Below are positions 13,853 to 25,115 of a stretch of 64,000 nt of DNA, piece after piece. The notes beneath the pieces were generated by a model that had not been told where the DNA came from, made no database searches, and saw only the letters and a list, made by a program, of their open reading frames with translations. The stretch is from Ostrea edulis (lineage: Eukaryota), in contig NC_079169.1 in the NCBI RefSeq assembly GCF_947568905.1, forward strand, positions 60,264,001-60,328,000. The letters run 5' to 3'. The position numbers were made by a program, and so were the translations under genes. Position 1 is the first letter of the stretch, and each line of letters starts with the position of its first letter.

Positions 13853-15372
13853 CATGCTCCTTTTGAGGCAGATACATTGTTTATTGATATATGCACACAA
13901 ATGATTATTGTCAACAAGGTCATTTATTTAGGGTCATGTCAAGGTTATTGGGAATTCTCCGAGTAAAACAATGTTTATGACATACATATTTGACAAAAGA
14001 AAACTTGCTAATGACCAGATTAGTTTCCGTGGTTGATTATGAATAGACCTACCAGATTTCACTTTCTACAAGTCTTTATGATCAGCTGAAGACCAAGTTC
14101 AGTATTCATTATTTCACATTATTGAGGTTTTGTTAGCATTGTTTTGATGTTATCTGTCTTAATGCTATTGTAATTTCCTTTTACTACTTTTATAACATGC
14201 TGTATGATATCATTTTTATTGTGTGCAGCGCTTTAGAGTGGTTATTTATAGTCATATAAGGCGCTATATAAATAAATTAATATAAGTTCCAGCAATCCAG
14301 AGCTTTCACCACTACAATAGTTCCAACTCAATATCTAGATCACTTCATTTCAAGTGATACTGTTAAAGAGGTAAATTCACAAAGGGTATAATTCAACCCT
14401 GTACATCCAAAATGTCAGAATTATTAACGGGTAAAAGACCCACAAAATCATTAAATTAAAGGATTCACGTCAACTAACTGTTTTTCATTCTGACATCATT
14501 CTTGTTATGACGAGAATCAGCACCGTAATACCAAATTCTGTTGACTGTGTGAAATGCACACTGGTTTTTATTTCAATGTGCCCAACCTCCAATCCAATTT
14601 TTCTAAAGATAGGTCAAATCAATACGGGAGAATTGATAATCAGCAGCAGTGTTTTGGACTGTGGGCTGGGGTGATATACATATTGCTGGTTATATTTTGT
14701 TATAATCATATCTTGATGCTTGTTTTGAAAAAAAGTTTTTGAAGTTCAGATGCCACTTACTGCCATAAATTAGCTTAATGAATGACAATTCTGGTATGTA
14801 TAGATAGGATGAAGCCTCACCTTTACATTTAACATAGAAAATACAGCACAACCAGACATTAAAAGTTAGTAGGGCAGAATTATATCACTTCGTTGGTGTA
14901 ACTTTTCAAATAATCCTACTGACAGTCACAGAGAAAAGTTCACACACCAAATGAGGTTCAGTAAAAATGTAATACAAATACAATGTTAAATATCATTCTT
15001 TTTATTTTTGATAAAAAAGAAAATTATTCCACTTCTGGCTTTACACTAGAAATCCTGATTCATTTAGTGTAAAAATCCATCCTGACCAGCATTTACTTAA
15101 CATCCAAAGTGCAATTTTCTATATCAATCATTAATACATGTTCAGAGAGCACCTACAGTTTAATACAACAATTCCTTCTGATCAAAATATCAGTATCAAA
15201 TCATATAAATTTCATGTCATCTCCAGTTTTCAAGATACATGTAATACTATATCTAATATCACAATAAAATGCACCATATCACAATAAATGAAACTAAATA
15301 TGAATCAATGTGTATTTAGAATCACAATGGCACTTCACTTCTCATTAGATATCAAACACAAAATCATTCAAA

Positions 15373-18300
15373 TCACACAGCAGTTTCCCCTTTGATGGTG
15401 GTCAGGAGGCCAGTATCGGGGGCTGACGTCATGATGATTTTCTGGACTTGTTTGAATCTTGGATGTGAAGCCCCGCCCACCAATGCTAGCAGCATACTTT
15501 CACTGGTTGTCATGTAAGCTCCAGCATCCTTCATCCGTTGAAAGGCATACATCCTGCAGTATCAAAGCAATTGTTGACTTGATATGTATAGTTTTACTGT
15601 ATAGCAGAACACAGAAAAAAATATACACATAAGTTAAGGCTAGGTATAGGCATTTCATTGAAATGAGAATTTATTAAAAGGCCCACAGGCCTTATTGGTC
15701 ACCTGAGTACTACTGTAGTTAAAAAAATCACTAGCTCTAAGGGGTAAAAATCTACAAAAAAAATTCCTGTTCTGAAAATATTTAGGCTAAATTCTAATAT
15801 TCAGCAACAGTGAACAACAAGATGTGTTCTTAAAACTTCAATGTCCTCAAAATGTATATACTGATTAAAGGCTTTACATAATGATTATACATCATTATGT
15901 ATTATCATTAAATGATATCACTAATTTGGATCCATACTAAAGTCCAAACCCTTGGTTTACGAAATTCACCATTTTTTGTACATTCTTTTCTGCTTTTCCT
16001 AAATATGCATTTAGTTTTCATACTGTATCAGTATAACTTAAAGAAGTCCCTCAAATGATAAAGACAATAATCATTATAATAATTTTGGTTCCACCCTGAA
16101 ACCAAACCCTTACCCCATAGGATCATGAAATTAGGACTACCTACTTTTTCTAAATATCCATTTAGTTTCAATTTAGTATTAATAGTATTAAAGTAGATAT
16201 CATTTACATGTTTTGCACGTATATACGATATATACCAAGATTGGCCCCACCATGGAGTCAGAACCTCTACCCCAGGGATCATGAAATTTACAGTATAGTA
16301 GAGGATTTCCTGCTCTATATCACCATGCATTTAGTCTTTCTTAAAGATATGCAGTTGTAGAGAAGATTTTCGAAAAAGTATATTTTTGGCAGTTTTTGCC
16401 TCACCCCTAAGGCCCCAGGGGTGCATGAGTCCTGAAATTTACAATTTATGTTCTCCTTGTCCCACAGATGCTTCATAAAAACTTGAAAAGAATTGGAATA
16501 GTAGTTACCAAAAAGTTAAAAATTATTCTATTGTTTACAAATTTAATAACTGACCATTTTGGCCCCACCCTGATACCAAAACCCCCACCCCTGGGATCAT
16601 CAAATTCACAAGTTTGGAAAACGACTACCTCTTCTTTCTAAATATCCATTTTGTTTCAATAGCAATAAAAGATGTTATTTAAAAATTATTATTTAAATGT
16701 TTTACACATAATTTTGGCCCCATCCTGGGGTCAGAATCCCAACCCCGGAGATCATGAAATTTACAATTTTGGTAGAGGCCTTCCTGCTCTACATCACTAT
16801 GCATTTAGTTTTTCTTACACATGTGGTTGTAGAGAAGAAGGTAAATTTTTGCCCCACCCCTAAGGCCCAACCGGTGCTGGAGTCCTGAAATTTACAATTT
16901 ATGAATTAGTACACCAGAAATGATGAAAGAATTAGATACGTTTACATGTACAAAGTTTGAGGAATGTCAAGATGAGGTGTAAGAGGAGTTGATTATACAA
17001 AATATCTATAAAAAAAAGTTCATGCAACTACATGTAAATTTTTTGAAAAATGTCTGATCACATGCACATCTTCATTGCATCCAAATCAATTGTACAAAAT
17101 TTGAGGAATGTCAAGTTAGAGGTGTGAGAGGAGTTGATTACACAAAGTAGGTGCACTATTAGAGGGAAGCCTGCCCACCATTCACCATACTATAAGCCGG
17201 ATGCACATTGTGCAACCCAGCTAATTATTGAAAACACACAATCTTCAGAGAGATATTTCATTGAAACTTTTTTTTTTAATGTAAGTACTGTTATTTCTAA
17301 ATTGATTAATTATGGTTTTGCACTGTTTTGGCAATATTTCAGCCATTTTACGGCAGGTTATTTCTAGAAACATGGAAATAAACTACACTTCATTTATACT
17401 TTATTTTTATGCATTTTTCAGCACTCTCCCCACAAATTTACTTCAAAACCTCAGCAATTTCATTAATTAGTAAAGGTCATAAATTCAATCCACCACACTT
17501 CCCAGTTTATTACGTGGATTTCAAAAATACCTTAAAAAATAACTTGTTTCAGTGAGGTCCCGGACTGATCAGAGTAGTGATTCCCACAGCAGCTTCAAAA
17601 GGGCAGAGAAATTTAGTACCTCAGACAGGGGCAGAAGGGAACCCTTGAGTGGTTCAGGGCATAAAACACCAGTGTACGAGCTTTGCTTTTGATAGTCTCC
17701 CTTTCCTCTTGTGCATGATTTTCTTGTTTTCATTTGGTTCTTTTACATTGAAATAGAACTGAAAATAGGACAGTTTTTATTCCAACACCTAAATAACATG
17801 CAGTAATTTTTCTTCATTTTAAAACATTGTTGTTATTTTAACTCCTGTTTTCGTTAGCTGTTGATCGAGTCCCCAACACTAAAATTTTCATTGGAAGATC
17901 AACAAAAATGTCAAAAGTTTAACTGAATTTCTGTGCCTTGTTTTGAAATCTTGCACAGAGTCAGTTTGACTTCGGGATCATGGTTGATTGATATGGATTA
18001 ATATATATACTACCCATATATATATATATATATAAATTTCATTTTAATATGGTAAAATAGTCTTGTCACACAATCTCTGCGAAACTGAGTTGTCTCTCTT
18101 GTTTATCTGATTTACATACGCTAAATAGCCTAATTATAGATATACCTAACAGCATTTGACGTATCAAACGAAATTTAACAATCTTCCAGATAATATTGAG
18201 AATGTTATTTTCGTAGACGAATACTTTGAGTTCGTGTTTTAAAAATGAATTTTCAAGTACTTTTGTGTGCAAAATGGCCGGGGAATTAATACATGAATTG

Positions 18301-21300
18301 ATAATAAAACTGACATCTTTTTTGTGACAAAAGCAGCGAAGGAATGGTATGCCACGAAATCACATGGGTTTCAAATGGCTTTTCTCAAACTGTTCATAAT
18401 TACCCCCTCATACTCATGGGGGTACACAAGAGCGTGTGGCAAACCCTGGATGTTTGTTTTAACATCTAGCTAAGTTCACTTGAACAGTCGTACCAATTCT
18501 AAGTGGTTCACCATATAAGCAAAAGGGTAATGCATATAATGATGAAAAGAAAACGGTCACCCCCTTTTTTTTTCAAATTGAAAAACTGATCACGATATTC
18601 AGAACTTAATCTTGTGTCAGTTTTCAGTAAATGAATGCCTTTCAGAATTAGAAAGAGCATTTTTTCCTCATATAAATCTATCATAAACATATCTGGAATA
18701 GAATAAGATTTAATATTTTTAAAGAGAAAATTATAATACTGTTTTAAACGACATTTCTCAGAAGGCATTATGCAAGACTGAAGTACTCAGAAGTAGTAAC
18801 TTTTTTTGAAAATGATACCATACTTGGACAGTTTCTACCGATGTTTACCATTATCAGATGCTTCCAATTATCGGATTAGACACAAGTGATCACTAACGAT
18901 CTGCTCAATTACCTGGTCAAATACTGATTATGATCACAACTGGCAAATAAACGAGCTTGAAAAAAGAAACAAATGTTTGTAATTGGAGTACAAATTTGGA
19001 AATTTCTGTGTTGTCTTCAAACGCAAAAGGGCAACAATTTTTTTGTTTTGAATTTGGGAAAGGCAGAGGGGTGGCGGCAAAAGGCAGCAGGGTGGGACAC
19101 CCCTCTGAAACTGTCTATGGAAATCCCTACAGAGTTACTTTAGAAAATGACTTGTTTTAGTGAAGTCCCTGACTGATAACTTGTTTCAGTGAGGTCCCTG
19201 AGTGATCAGAGTTGGACAATTTCTAAAGCGCGTACTTACCTGTCTGTCATTGACCGAGATGAGCAGGCGTCTGCAACGATGTGAACATCGAAATTGTCCT
19301 CTAAAAGGTCGAGGACTGTGTTCTGGACACACACATGGTTTTCGATGCCACATATCATCACAGAGTTGATATCTGGAAAGGATGGCCAAAATATGAATTA
19401 CATGATCATTTTCAAGATACGGGAATGCACTCTGAAGTACTCAAGCCAATCACTCTTTACTATTTCCAGATAGCCAGGACATTATATCTATAAGCATGTG
19501 GTTAAATATCTTATATCAGAGACTCCAAGTCACAATAGTGACTGTCTTCGCTTTACTAACTAAGACATATATTCTACAATTAACTACCCTGCGTCTTATA
19601 GTAAGCTGTGATGCAGGGCATGAAACTAACTGTTTATGTCACCAGTCCAGCTGGACTGATCGGGTTTATTTTCAACAAGTCCGCAAAAATGTTTACCAGT
19701 CCACCAGGGTTTTCCAGAAATAATTAAACATATTTCGTTAATGTTATTCAAATAAAAATTATAAAATAATGAGATTTAACTCGATATGCCTCGGACAATA
19801 TTGCAACACTAATCAGGTTTGCCTGATGTCCACGCCTAAGGCATGTTTAAGATTCGATAAGTAAGTTTTTCAAAATGACATTTTAGAAAATTGACCAGTC
19901 CCATCGGACTGATTAAAACAAATGTCAGTCAGTCCACCAGACTTTTAACCAGTCACGCACTGATGGGTATATGTCAATTTTGAGCCCTGGTGATGTCATA
20001 GTGATTAGGCTCTCAAACCTGAGTGAATTAGAAAATTGTTGGGATAAGATTTTGGGGATTTTTCATTTTCCTTGAATTTCTAACATTTTTTTAAGTTGAC
20101 CTATACTAACTTCCGTTTTTTGTATCTCTGACATCTTAAAAAAGGTGGCAACACATATATTTTCTTTGGTTATTAATTAAATCAAACTATATTGTGTGCA
20201 AATTAATACAGTTGTTCCACTTTCAACCATTAACAGGTCCAGTCCAAAGAGTATTTCTATCCATGTAGCTATAAATAGCTACCTAGGTATTTAAACCTAC
20301 TTAAAGTTGCTACTTCTACCTACTTTTACCTGTTTTTAAAAATACAAATAATTATCAAGGCGCATCTTTCGAACAGGTCAGTCATTTTATGTATTATGTT
20401 GTGCATGTGCATGGCAAAATTCAGAGTGTAAATTTGAATACTTTACGAGGGTGGAGAATTTGTAAGACATTCTAGACTTTTTATTACGTATCTTTGATCC
20501 TTAAGCTCCTAGAAAATGGAACTGGGTGTATAGTTATTGATGCAAATTTGAAAGGTTAGAAAGTAAGCAATTTTTGTCCAATATTTTTGTGGTATTCATT
20601 GTCAGTGTAAGTGAATAAAGAAATTTGGTACACACCATATTGCGCCGTTCCTGCATTTGGCCACGAAATGCAAGTAAAGGAAAAAGTAGGTAAAAATAGC
20701 TACCTGGAGTAAGTTTAAATACCTAGGTAGCTATAAGTAGCTACGTAGGTACAGGGATTTATCTAGGTTGTTTTTACTACCAGTAAAAGGTACCTTTCCC
20801 CCTAAATTGGCAACAATTGGATATTTCCCCTTCCACAGATAAAAAAATCCCCTTCCATTTGTAGAAACTTCACAAAATTGTATTAAAATTTTCAACAAAT
20901 ATCATTTTTTTGATATTCTAAGTCATTCTCTACAATTGTCAGACTTACAATATAGATAAAATGAGTAATCAATAACTTTATATGGCTGTTATAATCTGTG
21001 GATATTATATTCCATGGATGTCCCCCATCCCCTGGAAGCTCATGACTACATTCTTAAAAATTCCCCTTAAATATAAAATGGGTAGTAACAACTAAATGCT
21101 GGATAAATCCCTGAGGTAGAAATAGTCTTTGGACTGGACCTGATTAATGTTGATAAGTCATAATATTATGAGGATGTACGCCACGTACCTTAAATAAAGA
21201 GGAGTTTGAGGAAGAAGATAGTGTGGCAGACGGATGGACCAGGGTAGTAAAACAATATACCTGAACTTTCTTAACAAAGTGCGGGTATAACTAAAGGAAA

Positions 21301-21723
21301 AGGTTTACCTTTCAAGGTTTTGATATGATCCACAACCTCTGGTATCAACATTGAGAAATGGGTTTTTGGAAAGACTTTCAGTTGGCTAACGTCTAACTCG
21401 GACACCGTATGCCCCAACCCTTTGAAAAAGTTCTGCATTAATAACATATAACCTTAAATATTTTGCAATAAATTGAGAAAATATTCATCTTTGAATTGAA
21501 TTTTTTATTCAACACAGAATTTGACCTCGGGTTATCTACCTTTGGGATACTGCTCCGTTACAATCACGGGCATGTCAAGAGCATTGGCACCATCCAACAT
21601 TCGTCGGGCCACCTCGATAATCTGTGGATAATACATTATATTTCCACGAAACTTCTCTTGCATGTCACACAACAGTAATGCAGTATTCTTCAGAGACACC
21701 TTGCCGAGCCGTCTTGCAGCCAT
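15373..21723 (-). CDS. ISOC2: Isochorismatase domain-containing protein 2-like, 202 aa, 4 coding exons
   Basis: Exons 21723-21540, 21419-21309, 19372-19240 and 15553-15373 give 609 nt in frame with GT-AG junctions. Motifs: LLLCDMQEKF, TEQYPKGLGHTV, KTHFSM, CGIENHVCV, DACSSRS, TTSESMLL. No ISOC1-type N-terminal extension or PTS1. Confidence 0.9.
15679..17225 (+). mobile_element. Composite HINE/pearl-type repeats in ISOC2 intron 3
   Basis: Starts aggcccacaggcc..ggtcacctgagt. Repeated catgaaatttacaattt core units. A second ~146-bp repeat near 16951/17096 ends in the hairpin agccggatgcacattgtgcaacccagct. Confidence 0.5.
19614..19989. mobile_element. MITE with CAGGGC...GCCCTG termini and 6-bp TSD (GTGATG)
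   Basis: gtgatg at 19608-19613 and 19990-19995. Imperfect TIR cagggcatgaaact / aattttgagccctg. Confidence 0.7.
20265..20744. mobile_element. MITE with ~70-bp imperfect terminal inverted repeats
   Basis: gtagctataaatagctacctaggtatttaaacctact... is mirrored by ...agtaagtttaaatacctaggtagctataagtagctac. No TSD is evident. Confidence 0.6.
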
Positions 21724-22144
21724 GTTCAATTATTACGGGCCTTGAGTACTCAAGCGTCCAAGTGACAAAGATCTACTTTTACTTTGCCCTACGCCGACAA
21801 CTAGCAATATATCGGTATGTTATCTCCAGTTCATGGATGTAGCAGCAGTACGTACGGTGTGTGAGCTGCGTCCGGACTAACAGAGGTTCTAGTGACAATA
21901 TAGGACCTACTCGTTACGCATTGCAACCAAAGTAAACAACTGGTAACGACAAAGGTAAACATTAATGATCAGATGATACTATAGATCTAGCTTGTTTTTG
22001 CTGAACTTGTTTAATCTCAGAATTGGCCAAAGTCCTCCAAAATTGTATAGACATTCTTTCAAAATATTGTATGCTATGGAAGTTGCATATAAACTTACAA
22101 AAATCATTAGATATTCTTTGTTCAACAAGTGTAACAGCATAGCT

Positions 22145-22291
22145 AGGCACCTGCATTTCTATCAATAAGTCGATCAATAAAGCCAAAGATTGAAAAATCC
22201 CCCCCCCCCCCTGTGTATTTTTATACAGATGGGGTAGGATTTTCAATCTTTGACTTTATTGAGCGACTTATTGATAAAAATTCAGGTGCCT
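22145..22291. mobile_element. Fold-back (hairpin) MITE, ~60-bp arms
   Basis: aggcacctgcatttctatcaataagtcgatcaataaagccaaagattgaaaaatcc is the near reverse complement of ggattttcaatctttgactttattgagcgacttattgataaaaattcaggtgcct. Confidence 0.7.
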
Positions 22292-22293
22292 GT

Positions 22294-22889
22294 GGTAACA
22301 GGAAGGGAGAAAATGCGACGGACCAGACCGGGATTTGAACCCGGACCCCCTGAATTCTCTAGTCAGGTGCTCTACCAGCTGAGCTAACTGGCCACCGGCG
22401 ATCGAACCCGGCTGACCGCTACATTTCTTCCTCCGTAAATGTCTTCACACTTGAAGACATCAACCCAGGATCTTAATCCCCTGGCATGCATTTTCACCTG
22501 CATGCTCCAGTGGCTGGTCTACGGCACCAAATGTAACAGGAAGAGAGAAAATGTGACGGACCAGACCGGGATTTGAACCCGGACCCCCTGAATTCTCTAG
22601 TCAGGTGCTCTACCAGCTGAGCTAACTGGCCACTGGCGATCGAACCCGACTGACCGCTACATTCTTCCTCTTTAAATGTCTTCACACTTGAAGACAATCA
22701 ACCCAGGATCTTAATCCCATGGCATGCATTTTCACCTGCATGCTCCAGTGGCTGGTCTACGGCACCAAATGTAACAGGAAGAGAGAAAATGTGACGGACC
22801 AGACCAGGATTCGAACCCAGGCCCCTTGAATTTCTAGTCAGGTGCTCTACCAACTGGCCACCGGCGATCGAACCCAGCTGACCACTACA
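22294..22889 (-). mobile_element. Tandem TRIM with tRNA-like sequence in its LTRs (Helenus/TRIMp3-type): LTR-int-LTR-int-LTR
   Basis: LTRs at 22770-22889, 22532-22661 and 22294-22423 (TGTAG...TTACA). 108-bp internal regions start with a PBS (TGGTGCCGTAGACC, 2 nt after the LTR) and end with a PPT (AAAGAGGAAGAA). Each LTR carries an A/B-box tRNA-like cloverleaf. Period 238 bp. Confidence 0.8.
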
Positions 22890-22994
22890 TTAAGAAGATG
22901 AAGAATTGTTATGTGTTTCATTACAACAATACCATTTTGGATAATATGCTGATGGTGCTACTGTTTGAGCGAGCACAGCTACACATACCTAGAT

Positions 22995-23600
22995 AAATGT
23001 ACCTCTTCTACAGGAAAAAGACTAGGCCTGTAACTCCCGCTCCAAGCTTCTTGTATGCATGGGTCTGGTCAGGTACTGCTTGTAATACCAGCATTTGTTT
23101 GACAGTGCTCAGCTTCTCGCTGTTGATTCAGTCTTTCCCAGTCAAGATCTTGTACACCTGGATTATGTCGCCGCGTTTCCTTCTGTAGTATAGGGATGGT
23201 AACTCAAGATGTTGCAGCCTTTCCTCATAGGGAAGATTCTTGATGTTGCATAGCTTCGTTGCTCATCTCTCTACCTTTTCTAACTTGTCGATATCACTTG
23301 CTAAAGTTCTACTATATCTGAGGTGCATTGCAATACTCAAGTGTTGGACAAACCATCATTGTTTACAATTTTTTTATGACTGTGCTGGCCTTTGTAGCAA
23401 ATGTTCTTTTAATGACCCCCAATACTCTGCTGGTTTTCCCTACAGCATTGTTGACATGTTGATAAAACGACAGTTTGTTGTCCACCAATACGCCAAGGTC
23501 TTTTTCCTTCTCTGTTGTTTCCAGTTTTCTCTGCCGTCTGTCATTGTCCTTCATGTTGTAAGAATGGTTCGGGTTGTTCCGCCCAAGGTGCATATGTATT
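22995..23600 (-). mobile_element. CR1-clade LINE, 3' fragment of RT ORF (degenerate)
   Basis: MHLGRNN..Y..EKEKDLGVLVDNKLSF..HV...VGK..RVLGVIKRTF, followed by degenerate DIDKLEKV..RATK and LPSLYYRRKRGDIIQVYKIL. Confidence 0.7.
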
Positions 23601-24594
23601 ATATGTAATGTTCAGGGTTTTCATCAGGTTCAGTTTAAACAATATTTATTTACCAGATACCCAGTACATGAATGGGATTGGTCAGCCGTGACTCAGCACT
23701 CATTAGAGACAGCCAATTTTAGCTCTTTCCCAGGGTTTTATGTCACATGTAAATCATAAACAGTTAATTTCCTGTATTAGGCTCTTGCTAAATTTCATAT
23801 CACTTTAAAATATCCGACATGCACATCAACGATTATAATTAAAATCATATACATGAACGTGGTTGAAAGACTTTGTATACTATAGTTATTATGATATTTC
23901 CGTTGCCTTCTGCTGTCTTCACTGTGACTTGCTCAACCTTAGACGACTTGTTCTGAACTGTATGCACTAGACTGTCTCTACTTTCCTTATTTCTACTCCC
24001 AATCTTTTGAAGTCATTAATTGTGTGACTGATAAAAAAAAAAAATGCCTCAAAATGTCACCATTGTTTGCATGACCAGACATGAAACTGGTAAATAGATT
24101 TGAGCATTTGCTATTTTCTAGATGCGGATAAAATGGGCTTTTTATTTTCTGTTGCACAAAACTCCTAATTTAGATCCGCCATTGCCGCAGTTGAATTATG
24201 ATGTCAAAATGTAGACCGTGCCTTTCATCAACATTGCTTTTTGTTAAACATTAGGCCAAATGTTCCACTGTATTTTGGAGCTAGGGGACCACAAAACTAG
24301 GATGATAAACTACATAAGTTCACAAGTTTAGATTAAGGTGTGACTTTGCCAGATCTCCACCGGTACACACACAGTACAATACAGACTTGTGAATTTCACA
24401 GGTCATCAAACTTTTTTTTCTGACAATGCAGAAACAGACCTTGCCTCTAAAAGTGTTGTAGAGAAATGTAATGTGTATGAATTGTGCTATGACTTATTTT
24501 CATTGACAGCATTTGGTTACAAATGTATTTGTGTCAAATTTTCTTATTTAACAGTACATGTATGTTAGTTATAATATTGGTTTCTATTTTCTTG

Positions 24595-25045
24595 AACTCA
24601 CTGTGGAGTCATTAGATTTCTTGGGGGTTCACTTATCATAGATTTCTTGGATATCCCTATAATCCCACGAATTTCAAACCACAATGAAATACACAATCTA
24701 TATATTAATGTTTCAATGTACAGAAACCATATCCATAAAATCACATTCCAACGAAAACGGTAAAATCTCCACAACACAAGAAAATTACATCCCAATGAAA
24801 GTAAAATCTCCACAATTCACAAAAATCACATCCCAACAAAAACAGTAAAATCTCACATCTACGAAAATCACATCCCAACGAAACAGTAAAATTTCCACAA
24901 TCCACGAAAATCACATCCCAACGAAACAGTAAAATCTCCACAATCCACAAAAATCACATCCCAATGAAACAGTAAAATTATAAAATCTCCACAATCTACG
25001 AAAATTGAGCCCCACAAATTTAAATGATTCCACAGAATTTGTACT
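24595..25045. mobile_element. MITE-like element with an internal 43-bp tandem array (~6 copies, 24737-25005)
   Basis: Unit aaaatcacatcccaacgaaacagtaaaatctccacaatccacg. Flanks ctgtggagtcattagatttcttgggggttca and tgagccccacaaatttaaatgattccacag are imperfect inverted repeats. Confidence 0.55.
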
Positions 25046-25115
25046 CAAATCTTCATTCATAAAATAAATAATATCAAAAAATGTAAAATCTCATCTCTTT
25101 TTTCAGCTTTAGAAG

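Noticed and set aside
17620-17758. Possible extra ISOC2 exon (good AG/GT signals, 139 nt)
   Set aside because: It gives an immediate stop in the required phase and has no homology. The 4-exon model is already complete.
9849-21729. ORF-track starts at 10121 (GTG) and 21729 (TTG)
   Set aside because: These are eukaryotic genes; the first in-frame ATGs are at 10112 and 21723.
22320-22859. Three tRNA genes (22320-22393, 22558-22631, 22796-22859, minus)
   Set aside because: The anticodon loops are 8-9 nt, one copy has a D-arm deletion, and all lie within LTRs with PBS/PPT. They are TRIM components, not functional tRNAs.
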